Below, piece after piece: positions 1 through 9,491 of a stretch of 64,000 bases of DNA. Under the pieces are notes generated by a model. That model worked only from the letters and a program-made list of their open reading frames with translations. It made no database searches and was not told the DNA's origin. The position numbers and the translations under genes were made by a program. Source of the DNA: Tetramitus jugosus (Eukaryota > Protista > Heterolobosea). The stretch's first letter is position 1; every line of letters starts with the position of its first letter. The stretch spans positions 626,887 through 690,886 of the forward strand of contig OW569345.1 of the NCBI GenBank assembly GCA_937625935.1, written 5' to 3'.

Positions 1-1
1 G

Positions 2-472
2 GAGGAACCAAGGTTCATCTTGGCACCGTGGAGAAGAGTTCCATACGGAACGAACGGAGGAGTGAGTGGCAAGGGATTTAATGCAGCAATGATGTGTGGT
101 CTCGTCTATGGTACAATCACTGCATCCTATGTATTTGTTGAATTGATGTTGAAGCTGGTAGTGAAGGGTGATAGCTCCGTTCTGGATGTGTTGCATCATT
201 ATAGAATACCTGTTCTCTCAATTTTCTTCCTTACTGTGTTTGCCTCGATGTTTGGCACATTGTTTGATTCAGTGTTGGGTGCCTTGCTGGAGTACTCTGG
301 ATTTTCCAAGCGTAAGGACAAGATTGTAAAGGAATATGACGAGAGTGAAGACTTTAATGGAAACCTTGTGCACATATCTGGACTTAATGTGCTCAGTGGA
401 TGTGAAATTAATTATCTGTCTGGGGTAGTAACCGGTCTATGTACCGGCTTGCTTGCCGTGTACATTTTATAA
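2..472 (+). CDS. TMEM19/DUF92-family membrane protein, 3' part (5' end lies outside the window)
   Basis: Frame is open from base 2 (EEPRFILAPWRRVPYGTNGGVS). Motifs GTNGGVS, GTLFDSVLGALLEYSG and HISGLNVLS..INYLS are typical of the DUF92/TMEM19 C-terminal half. Confidence 0.8.
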   Translation, partial: EEPRFILAPWRRVPYGTNGGVSGKGFNAAMMCGLVYGTITASYVFVELMLKLVVKGDSSVLDVLHHYRIPVLSIFFLTVFASMFGTLFDSVLGALLEYSGFSKRKDKIVKEYDESEDFNGNLVHISGLNVLSGCEINYLSGVVTGLCTGLLAVYIL

Positions 473-534
473 CTATATTTATCGTTAGTAATTCTATATA
501 CATCTGATGGTAGAAGATTCATAGGCAGTGACAC

Positions 535-2004
535 CTAGAAGACGATCAACTCCGTCCTTTCTAATTCATCTCGTCCGAGTAATGTTGCTCCACAACAAAA
601 CCATCGCCTCAACATTTCAAGGGAAACAAGTCTGCAGGAGTGTGTCCACAATCGAATTTCCCATATTGTATGAAGCACACTGAGGCATAGAATAACATAT
701 CCTTTTGTATAAACTGTGTCCAGTAATATGTGGATTAGAACTGCACAGAGCCACAGTGTCGCAACCATGAGCCACTCTACTATGATCCATACAGTTACTG
801 ACTTGGGGAACTCGTATTTGACATAGATCGACAATAATAGAACAGTAAATAGGATTCCACACATCATGAAGATTGCATCGACAGGGCTGAGCCATAAGGA
901 CCAAGCGATGGGAACTAGTTTGTCTAGCTTTATGCAAACCAATACCAACATTGCTTCAACTGTCAAGAAATCAACTGTGTAATATACCTTGAATATTTCC
1001 TCTAGGTTAAAGCCCTCGAAATCATTCAACAAACGAAGAAGATCCAAAAGATGAATGATCCATTCAACTCCAATCATTACGAATAATGGGATACAACTTC
1101 TCAAGAAGCTGTCCTTAAATGGTTCAACTTGCAATGCCTTGAGGTGAAAAAGCACTGCTCCTAGTAGAGAAAGAGATGCTGAAAGTGGTTTGAGAATGAG
1201 ATTGATGATACCTAGTATTATCAATGATCCTTTGTTGTGGACTCCGGCTTTCGCCAAACAAACATGATGTACCTGTCTGCTGATTCTGATCCCATAAACG
1301 AGTGCAATATAGAGATACACTATTGTAAATATAATATTCCAATTCGTGTGGTACGTGTCAGTTACGTTGAAAGCTATGAGAAGCACCGCGACGATAAACA
1401 ACATGTTAATGACAAATCGACTGCAAAGTTCCAATAAGAGCGTCCTCTCAAAGCAGACGAGACTTCTTTGTAGATTAATCTGGGCCATCTCTAGAGAAGG
1501 CCATCTACTTCGAAGTGTGGCTAGATGGCTTACAATTGTCGAAAAGTTGGCTCTAACTGAATTTGGTTCTGTAATCCAGTGTTGGATGCTCTCGTGGACT
1601 AGAGGTGACTTATCCTTGATAATGGCTTGCTTTAAGTCGTCCATGGATCGTGAATTGAGATTCAAACCATGTTTCTGAGAGAGACTTCTCCTTACTGTTG
1701 TCAAGTTATTAGATAAGTTTTTTACAGCAATATGGTTGCTGTCAAATAAGATTCCATTGTGGAAAAGAAAGCTCTTGGGCAATGTGGAGTTCTTGAATGT
1801 GAGCCACTGACTCTCCCAATATTCATCGTCCAATTCGATGATCTCATTTGTTTGCCTACTTATTAGTCTCCAAGTTAATCTATCGTTGAAGCTCAGGAAG
1901 CTTGCAACGTTTGAGAGTGTATCAGAAGGAAGGTCTAGTAAGTTGTTGCTATTGTTCATTGGTGTTGTTTTCTGAATGTTTTCTAAAGCATTCACAGAAT
2001 TCAT
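535..2004 (-). CDS. F-box protein with a C-terminal polytopic membrane domain (TMEM185-like)
   Basis: F-box LLDLPSDTLSNVASFLSFNDRLTWRLISRQ, about 8 hydrophobic helices, and the motif LVCIKLDKLVPIAWSLWLSP. First in-frame ATG is at 2004 (the ORF-track start is a non-ATG codon). Confidence 0.7.
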   Translation of the reverse strand: MNSVNALENIQKTTPMNNSNNLLDLPSDTLSNVASFLSFNDRLTWRLISRQTNEIIELDDEYWESQWLTFKNSTLPKSFLFHNGILFDSNHIAVKNLSNNLTTVRRSLSQKHGLNLNSRSMDDLKQAIIKDKSPLVHESIQHWITEPNSVRANFSTIVSHLATLRSRWPSLEMAQINLQRSLVCFERTLLLELCSRFVINMLFIVAVLLIAFNVTDTYHTNWNIIFTIVYLYIALVYGIRISRQVHHVCLAKAGVHNKGSLIILGIINLILKPLSASLSLLGAVLFHLKALQVEPFKDSFLRSCIPLFVMIGVEWIIHLLDLLRLLNDFEGFNLEEIFKVYYTVDFLTVEAMLVLVCIKLDKLVPIAWSLWLSPVDAIFMMCGILFTVLLLSIYVKYEFPKSVTVWIIVEWLMVATLWLCAVLIHILLDTVYTKGYVILCLSVLHTIWEIRLWTHSCRLVSLEMLRRWFCCGATLLGRDELERTELIVF

Positions 2005-2505
2005 TGCCGAGCTTTTAATTTCATCAGTTAAGCGGTTGGGGAGGTTAGAGTAGGTCAGAAAGGGTGTGTAACTACTAATGAGAACGCTCAAACATATGAT
2101 ATTAGAACTGAGATTCAGCCAGAAGTATCTAGCGAGCAAGAGACCAATTCAGAGGATTATAACCTTCTGCTTGCCGTAGAGAAAGTGAACCGTCACTGGT
2201 TTGGAAGATTTACGGAGGAGTCATCAGATCTCGTGATTGAGCTCCATCAGATAGAATCTTCTCCGAACGGCGAAGGAGAAACCTCGACCTTTTTTGAAGG
2301 ATGACGCAAAGTGTCCCAAAATCTCACTTTCCCAAAGAACTTGGTCGAGAACAGCCGAAAGATTAGCAACCTGTCATTCTTTTTTTGACCCATCAACACT
2401 GAACAACACAACCTCCACCATAAACAAACAAGAGTTAGCTGCTCACCACACTCCAACAACAGACAGAAACAAAAAATCGAAAAAAAGTAGCACATTTCAA
2501 TTGGA

Positions 2506-5500
2506 ATGACCGCATTGCATCCACATCCCCATGTCGAACAACACCAGCACCAACAAACATCGTCTACTTCTCCCAGCGTTGGTGAATCCACTGAGTCCTC
2601 CGCCAGTTACGTTGTTCCACCAAGGCGGAGATTAAGACCTCGCTCCACTTCATCTGCAATGCCCATCCTGTTGCCAACAACTTCTTCTTCATTCCTATCG
2701 TCATCACCACCATCTTCCACTGACACCTCCACCTCTACCTCTACCTCCACCCCCACCCCAGCATCATCAACAACACTTGCATCATCACCACCATCTTCAT
2801 CATCAAAAAAATTTTTCTTGTCTCTCGAAATACCTCCCTCCTCCTCTTCATCAGCTTCTTCACCACGCATGACCCATTTTTCCTCCCATGCAAATGCTCT
2901 CAACAACAACCAAAATCAACAATCTAATGTATATACTAACAACAACAACAACAACAAGAACTACAACAAAAACAATGCCGCATCAACTTTATCAGCACGA
3001 GCAACAACAACCAGAAGCAGTAACAGTAACAACAATATTAATAATAATAATGACAATATGAGACAACTAAGAACATTCTCATACATTTACAATGAAGTTT
3101 CCTATCGAATCACAGTTCCCATCAGTGCTGCTGCTATTGCTGCTACAGCTGCTCCTGACGTTACCAATTCTTCTTCACATGCTCAATCATCTTCAACATC
3201 TTCATCAACATCAACATCAACATCAACAACATCAACAACATCAACATCGTATGCTTCAACAAAAGCTACAACTGCCAAACCAACAACAACAACATCAACA
3301 ACAGCTCACAACAATCATCATGATGCAAATCATGATAGCTTAGTGCCTGTTCCACAACTAGAAGTTTTCAACATTTATAGCAAAAAGTGGGAAATTGCAA
3401 CATTGACCACCATTACGACAAGTGTGAGAAAGAGACATAAGCGATCTGCGTCCATGGATGATTCTCAACAGTCATCATCATCATCATCAACACTCAATAA
3501 TAATAATAGCAACAACAATAGTGAAGCAACAGGTGAAGAAGAAATGAGTGTTTTTAAGAAGGCATTGTTAGCTTTTCAGAGAAATGGTGCGTCGTTTACG
3601 AAACCGTCGCTCTTGCAATCATCATCGACATCATCGACATCATCATCATCGTCGCTGTTGACTTCCGTGTCGCAAAAAAATAATCTCGAACAACACAAAA
3701 ATAAGAGTCCCAAGAGTGGCGCATTAAGTCATCTCATTACAACGCACAATGAAAGCAAAGCGTTGAGTCGATTGAGGAACAATGATGCGAAAATGGTGTT
3801 GAATCAAATTCAAAAGCACGATATTCAACTACCACCAAAGATGATGCAAATTGAGCGAGATTTGCAACTAGAGTACGACGATGATCGTCACTTGTCATTT
3901 AGAAATTTACCAGAAGACACGATTCATTACATTTTAACGTTCATGGAAACATGTTTTGATCAGTATAGTCAATTTGAGTTGAGTGATCTGTATGGTCGAT
4001 TTAACAGAACATGTACACTGCGATTTTTGCATCCGAATATTGCATTGAACTCTAGTGTGAGGTATCTGTATGGGAAGAAGCCTGGTTTTCAGCGTGGTAC
4101 CATTCGTACATTGATGCGAAATGTGGTGCACTTGAAGTTTTATGGAACGAGAATGAACCGATTCCTGCTACAGTTCTTTGCCTCTCTAAAGAGTGATGGT
4201 ATTGAGACACCGTTGCTTCAATCGATCAAGTTACCAATGCATTTCACGAGCACGAGTCTCTATACGCCCATCATTGGAACTCTCATTTCAAATGGATCCA
4301 TATTGCCTGGTGCGACAACGACAGCTGACGGATTACCGAATGCAGGTGTGGTGAACGCTGCGGTCACAATGGACGAACTGTTGAACTTGATACCGATTTA
4401 TGAGTTTATGATCGAAAGTGACAAAAAAGCGAATACGGCCAGCAGTACGACGACCAGTGATTCATCGCAAGAGGAGGAAGTTAGTGCTAGCGATGAATCG
4501 ATTCAAGCATCGAAGACTGGACAGGGTAGTGAATCATCATTGACTCCACTTACCTACAAGAGCCTTTTGACCAATATGCAACTTTTGTCATCCGGTGGCT
4601 CTATTCCTGGTTTCTTGAATGATTACTATAGTCATTTTGATAATATCACTGATTTGAGAATTCAACTAACGACAGGAGATGTGCTCACCATTCAAATGAT
4701 ACAATCCATAATGAAATCAGGCAATCTGCGCAGGTTTAGATTGGAGAGTTCGGTTGCGATTGATGCTCCTCCTGGCTTTTTCAAGTATTTGCTCACAAAA
4801 TGCCATACAGAACAAACAGAATTTGGTGATGATACGCTATCAGAGGATCCTGATTTGCCTGATTATGATATGAGTCCTGTTCCAGTTCGTAGAACATCCT
4901 CATCGCTTCAAGTGCTTGAGTTAGACAATATCTATTTGATCGGAAGTGTTTTAGCTGGTATGGATGTGAACACAACACTCCAGTATCTCAGTATTCGTTA
5001 TACATGTAATCCAAATCACATGTTTTTACTCGGAAGAGGCGACGCTATTCTCATCAATCGCAATCGGTCCCTCAAGTATCTAACAGGAGATTTGTCCGTG
5101 ACACCAGAGTTCCTCACCCAGTTCTCATCAAGATCACTCCAAGTCTTGCAGTTGTCTCCAAAGTTCGTACCGAATACAGTTGCTGGGCCAAAGGTCGCGA
5201 CTACGAATCCTCCTGCACCACCTCCAACGAACATTATTGCCAACGGAACGGTCAGTGGTCTCATCAATGGACTACTGAATGGAAAAGGGCTCTTATACAC
5301 TGCTCATGATCAACGTATAGCTTTACCTCACCTTTTGAAATGTCCTTGCCTGACAGAGTTGTACATGCACTGCGATCAAATTGATTTCGGAGTCTCTGAC
5401 AACTCTATCAACAATAGATTGGAGGAATCAGTTCTCGCTCTGAAGAATCATCCTAATTTGAAGCGTATTGTCCTGTACACCCACAATGAAGCCTTTATTG

Positions 5501-5769
5501 GGAATGTGACTGTTCATGTTGAGAGTGGTAGTTGTAACACCAGTGCTCAAAGTACGTCCACTTCTGGTTCCAATGCCACGACATCAGCAACATTAACTAC
5601 CAACAATGCCGGTCAATCACCGCAGCAGCAAAATCCCTTGTACATCAACACCAATGTTCAAAAGGTTCAAGTCATATGTGCACTGCTGAGAACTATGGTT
5701 CCAAGAGTTGAATTTTTATTGTACAATCCTCAAGACAACAATTCCCTCGCTCAGATGCAGTGGTGGTGA
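2506..5769 (+). CDS. Low-complexity (S/T/N-rich) N-terminus, F-box-like motif and LRR-like C-terminal region
   Basis: 1087-aa ORF with F-box-like LSFRNLPEDTIHYILTFM and LRR/RNI-like segments (SLQVLEL, TLQYLSI, SLKYLT, CLTELYM, NLKRIVL). Confidence 0.65.
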   Translation: MTALHPHPHVEQHQHQQTSSTSPSVGESTESSASYVVPPRRRLRPRSTSSAMPILLPTTSSSFLSSSPPSSTDTSTSTSTSTPTPASSTTLASSPPSSSSKKFFLSLEIPPSSSSSASSPRMTHFSSHANALNNNQNQQSNVYTNNNNNNKNYNKNNAASTLSARATTTRSSNSNNNINNNNDNMRQLRTFSYIYNEVSYRITVPISAAAIAATAAPDVTNSSSHAQSSSTSSSTSTSTSTTSTTSTSYASTKATTAKPTTTTSTTAHNNHHDANHDSLVPVPQLEVFNIYSKKWEIATLTTITTSVRKRHKRSASMDDSQQSSSSSSTLNNNNSNNNSEATGEEEMSVFKKALLAFQRNGASFTKPSLLQSSSTSSTSSSSSLLTSVSQKNNLEQHKNKSPKSGALSHLITTHNESKALSRLRNNDAKMVLNQIQKHDIQLPPKMMQIERDLQLEYDDDRHLSFRNLPEDTIHYILTFMETCFDQYSQFELSDLYGRFNRTCTLRFLHPNIALNSSVRYLYGKKPGFQRGTIRTLMRNVVHLKFYGTRMNRFLLQFFASLKSDGIETPLLQSIKLPMHFTSTSLYTPIIGTLISNGSILPGATTTADGLPNAGVVNAAVTMDELLNLIPIYEFMIESDKKANTASSTTTSDSSQEEEVSASDESIQASKTGQGSESSLTPLTYKSLLTNMQLLSSGGSIPGFLNDYYSHFDNITDLRIQLTTGDVLTIQMIQSIMKSGNLRRFRLESSVAIDAPPGFFKYLLTKCHTEQTEFGDDTLSEDPDLPDYDMSPVPVRRTSSSLQVLELDNIYLIGSVLAGMDVNTTLQYLSIRYTCNPNHMFLLGRGDAILINRNRSLKYLTGDLSVTPEFLTQFSSRSLQVLQLSPKFVPNTVAGPKVATTNPPAPPPTNIIANGTVSGLINGLLNGKGLLYTAHDQRIALPHLLKCPCLTELYMHCDQIDFGVSDNSINNRLEESVLALKNHPNLKRIVLYTHNEAFIGNVTVHVESGSCNTSAQSTSTSGSNATTSATLTTNNAGQSPQQQNPLYINTNVQKVQVICALLRTMVPRVEFLLYNPQDNNSLAQMQWW

Positions 5770-5827
5770 ACATTTTCAAGTTGCCGCCAGAATGTCAATT
5801 ACGAGAAGAAACGACAAAGAAAAAAAA

Positions 5828-6409
5828 ATGGAGCCTGGCTATGACGAGCAGGAAATACAGGTATGCTCACCATAGCAGTTTGTTGTTAAGCTCAACTCTT
5901 GAACAATAAAATAGTACTCAGCTCTCTAACCACAATAACACTCATTTTGATAGAGTCACTTCAATGTAGATGAAGTTCAAGAAACAGTTCTAAAAGTGAT
6001 CAAGCAAACTCTGGGAAATGTGAGCTTCAATGCTGCTAAAGTTGATCAATGGACATCGACTATCATTGAAACGATTCTAAAGACTCTTCAGCCACAGAAT
6101 AAACCATTCAAGTACATCGGTATGTCACTCAATCTCCTTATCTCCTTTAACTACATTGAACAACTTTAATTCATTGAAAAATTGATCTAGTGACTGCTGT
6201 GATCATGCAACGAACAGGAGCAGGACTCCATAGCTCGTGTGTGGCTCACTGGGATGCCGCGACAGATGGTAAGTGGCAATTCTTGTACTGTTATCAACTC
6301 CTCCTCTAAGTAATATTGTCCTCATCTTCTTTTTCTAGCATTTTGTTCTAAATCTTGGGAAAATGACACGTTGCAGTGTGTGGTGACCGTTTTTGCTCTG
6401 GGTATCTGA
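5828..6409 (+). CDS. DYNLT1: Dynein light chain, Tctex-1 type (4 exons; absent from the ORF track)
   Basis: Manual splicing gives exons 5828-5860, 5954-6119, 6191-6268 and 6339-6409 with GT-AG introns. Product: MEPGYDEQEIQSHFNVDEVQETVLKVIKQTLGNVSFNAAKVDQWTSTIIETILKTLQPQNKPFKYIVTAVIMQRTGAGLHSSCVAHWDAATDAFCSKSWENDTLQCVVTVFALGI, with Tctex-1 motifs KPFKYIV, GAGLH, WD..TD and WEN. Confidence 0.93.
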
Positions 6410-6447
6410 CAGCTCATTGTATTCAATCCAAAATAAACACAAAACAT

Positions 6448-6529
6448 TGCATCCGGTGAGATTTGAACTCACGCATCCGGAGATATCCGAACTTGAGTCG
6501 GACGCCTTAGACCACTCGGCCACGAATGC
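6448..6529 (-). tRNA. trnL-CAA: tRNA-Leu (CAA)
   Basis: Reverse complement folds as a cloverleaf: acceptor GCATTCG/CGGATGC+A, D arm GCC-GAGTGGTCTAA-GGC, anticodon arm TCCGA-CTCAAGT-TCGGA, long variable arm, T arm GTGAG-TTCAAAT-CTCAC. A T-run follows downstream. Confidence 0.96.
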
Positions 6530-6568
6530 TAGATATCGTTAAATCTTTAACAAAATATCCGAGCGCGG

Positions 6569-7195
6569 AGCGCCCGCTAGGGCGAGCTTGACACGCTTGA
6601 GGAAATCAAGCACACACAAACATTCCAACGTGAGAATGTCTTCCAGTCAAGCAACCGCCTCGTCAAAAACACTTACCTTAAGTGGTGCGCACAAAGGATG
6701 CACATCCATGGTATTACACTTAATAATGAAAGCAGCCACCGCAATTGTGACGATTGTAACATTGCCCGATATGTTCCAACAACTATTCTCAAGAAGCTGT
6801 TCAAGAGTGGAATCACTAACAGAAGTCAGCTGATGGCTGGTGTGAGAGTCATGAGTTTGAAAGAGATCAAAAACAAGTTCCCTGGATGCAAGATTGGACC
6901 AAGGTCTCATGAGTTGTTGAAAATAATGGTGTCACAAATGAATGAATGCGAGTGTTCTCCGATGTTAGAGCCTAACTCCAGAGTCTCTGTAGTGCGGTGT
7001 GTCGAAACCCTTCACCAATTGTACACCTCCTATAAGGAAGGAACAAAACAATGACGCCCTAGGGGCACCATTGTTAGAATTAAGAAGTAATGGAGGAGAT
7101 AACGCTCGAGCGTTATCCATTGTAAATACCCAGAAAATAAAACAGAGCAACCAGTTGGTTGTATTTAAAAAAAAAAAAAAAGCGCCCGCTAGGGC
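6569..7195 (+). mobile_element. 5'-truncated poly(A) retroposed insert (candidate non-LTR retrotransposon) with a 15-bp target-site duplication, just upstream of tRNA-Leu
   Basis: Identical AGCGCCCGCTAGGGC at 6569-6583 and 7181-7195. The reading frame is open from the left TSD to TGA at 7052-7054. AATAAA at 7136-7141 and an A15 tract at 7167-7181 abut the right TSD. Confidence 0.8.
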
Positions 7196-7353
7196 TAAAG
7201 GTGAGTCGCGACATTCGTGAACAGGAAGAGGAGGTGCCTTGACACCCTTCCTTATCTACAAACCATAGAAGACTAAGAGCATCATTGTGAGAAATGAAAG
7301 GAAACGGAGATAGAGCGTTATCCAGTATGGAGCAACCAATGGTTGTCTTAAAA
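7196..7353 (+). mobile_element. Older, diverged 3' fragment of a related retroposed element
   Basis: Aligns by eye with about 6990-7170. ORF end RCLDTLPYLQT vs RCVETLHQLYT; shared blocks GGAGATA..GAGCGTTATCCA and GAGCAACCA..TGGTTGT.TTAAAA. Confidence 0.6.
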
Positions 7354-7706
7354 GACCCCCGCGGTAGCATGGTCTGTGATCTCTGTCCTTCATACAAATG
7401 ATAAGAAAGAAGATACGTGTTGTATTAAAATCGATCGTCAGGATTTTTCTGGCCCTCTCTTTGTACTTTGATTGATCAACATTGGCATGATAGATGTATT
7501 AGGAGTGATCTGCAGTACTAAGACATTAAACACTGGTAACAAATAGAATGATTGAGAAGGGCACTATCTCTTTGGCACATGATAGAATGTGGTGACTGGT
7601 GGGAGAACAGGTCGCGAAGAATTTTGCTTTGTGACAACATTTGTTTTTGGACCAAAGTTCTTTTGTTCAGATTGGACTCGAAGAAAAACAAAAGAACCAC
7701 CACAAG

Positions 7707-8834
7707 ATGAACCTGGGAGACACGAAGACCACACAACCAATCACTAGTCGTCAGAAAGACCTACTACAAGAGACTGACAGTGACTACAAAGAAGAATATT
7801 TGACTCTGAATATTTTGGAGTTGCTGTCATGTGATCTTCAAATGTTCGTTCTAACATTCTTGAACATTTCAGATCTGTATCACATGTCTTTGAGTTGCCG
7901 ACAAGGTTCATTGTTGGTATTGGGTCCTGAAGCAGATGAGTATGTCTGGAAGTCTATGGCCAGTCATCTTGGAGTAGGAAATGTAGATGATGGGTCGATT
8001 CGAGCTCTTATGCAGCAATGGAAAGAACATGCAAGTCATGGAAGTGGAACGGGTAATCAAATAGAAAGAGAAAACAATGGTTTTGAGTTTTCAGTTGTCA
8101 AGAGTCAAAGCATGGACACTGATGAAGTAGCTTTTGATGAAACAAGTTCGTTAGAGGGACATTTGACAGATAAAGGATTTATTGTCGACGAGCGTCCACC
8201 AAACATGTGGAGGTCATTGGTGTATTTGAACATGATCAAGTGGGATCCAGATAGTCGTACACCAGACTCAGATATTCAAATGCACAACGACAATAAGACC
8301 ATACTATGTGTGGAGAGAGTCAAGTGGAATACGATTCGAGCGAACAAAAAACTTGAAATGGGGATGATTCATTGCTGGGAATACACTCTGGATGATCATG
8401 ACAATGGAGATTTCAATACCCATCGAATATTCATTGGAATTGAGAGAAGTACTTATGCATTTACGATGGCGGGATTCACAAATCTTATTGGTATCGGAAG
8501 TGAAGGTATCAGTTATAGTATTGGAGCTCATGCCATTCATAGAGACAAGTCGTATATACCTCATAGTAGATCTATACTGCATGAGAAGATGTTTAAGTTC
8601 AGTACAGGTGACACAATTGCCATCAAGTTAGATTTGCAAAATTTGGACAGCTCTCAGACTGCATCCATGCATCTCTTCAAGAACGATGAGTACTTTCACA
8701 CTATTGAGAACATACCGACACAAGAAATTTTGTACTATCCTGCCATTTCAGTAGTGGGCCGTCAGAAGGTGTCCATTCGGATGAAACATTCATTCATGCT
8801 CAAGGTGCCAACAACAACATTAACTCGCAAGTAA
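7707..8834 (+). CDS. F-box plus SPRY/B30.2 domain protein
   Basis: F-box ILELLSCDLQMFVLTFLNISDLYHMSLSCR. SPRY-like motifs HCWEY, IFIGI, FSTGDTIAIKLD, LFKNDE and YYPAISV. First in-frame ATG is at 7707. Confidence 0.8.
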   Translation: MNLGDTKTTQPITSRQKDLLQETDSDYKEEYLTLNILELLSCDLQMFVLTFLNISDLYHMSLSCRQGSLLVLGPEADEYVWKSMASHLGVGNVDDGSIRALMQQWKEHASHGSGTGNQIERENNGFEFSVVKSQSMDTDEVAFDETSSLEGHLTDKGFIVDERPPNMWRSLVYLNMIKWDPDSRTPDSDIQMHNDNKTILCVERVKWNTIRANKKLEMGMIHCWEYTLDDHDNGDFNTHRIFIGIERSTYAFTMAGFTNLIGIGSEGISYSIGAHAIHRDKSYIPHSRSILHEKMFKFSTGDTIAIKLDLQNLDSSQTASMHLFKNDEYFHTIENIPTQEILYYPAISVVGRQKVSIRMKHSFMLKVPTTTLTRK

Positions 8835-9491
8835 AGGGTTTACTCGAGAGAATTTTACTCTGTTTTTTAGCATTTACTATTCAAAGTGATCAATCCTCAC
8901 ATCATTGTCAAGAACGAAGTCAGGAAAATCATCTGATTGGTTTTGCTTTCTTACTGACCCGTCCACTTGGTGATCACCTGACTTTGAGCATCCTTGGTTG
9001 GAGGTTCGAAATTCTCTTTTTCCAACATTGTATTTTCAGCTCTGGTTGCCAAAGGAGATCAAGATCATTCACAAACAAACTGCACCTACTGCACAGATTT
9101 CAATCACATGAACAGCAGCCACACCCCATTAGCACGAGATGATTACCTTGTTCCGGAAGGAGGAACGTCCCGTTCGAGACACTTGTCTCGTATTTTCCGT
9201 CACCGTCACTCTTCCCCAGATACTCGTAGATTCACCTGGTCAAGCTCCGCCGACCTTCCAAAATCCAAACAGAATCCACTACTCCTTGAGCAACAAAAGG
9301 AATACCACCTGACTCACAACCATCAGCAACAACAACCACACTCGGCATCGTCGACTCCTTCTCCTGCTTCTTCGTTCATTTTTTCTCCGCCTGCTCCCCA
9401 ACAACAACAAAATTTTTATCCATCCCCACCACCGCCTGCGCAACTTCACTATCATCACTACCACCAACAGAAGAATCATCGCAAGAAAAAA

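Noticed and set aside
2900-3520. AAC/TCA/ACA trinucleotide runs as non-coding microsatellites
   Set aside because: They are in-frame poly-N/S/T tracts, which occur in many genes of this window.
6335-6523. 62-aa ORF MAEWSKASDSSSD...
   Set aside because: It is a translation of the tRNA-Leu gene and the antisense of the last Tctex1 exon.
6569-6590. CGCCC-GCTA-GGGCG hairpin with CTAG as a Helitron 3' end
   Set aside because: The CTAG is inside the hairpin rather than downstream, and Helitrons make no TSD. Direct repeat plus poly(A) fits retroposition better.
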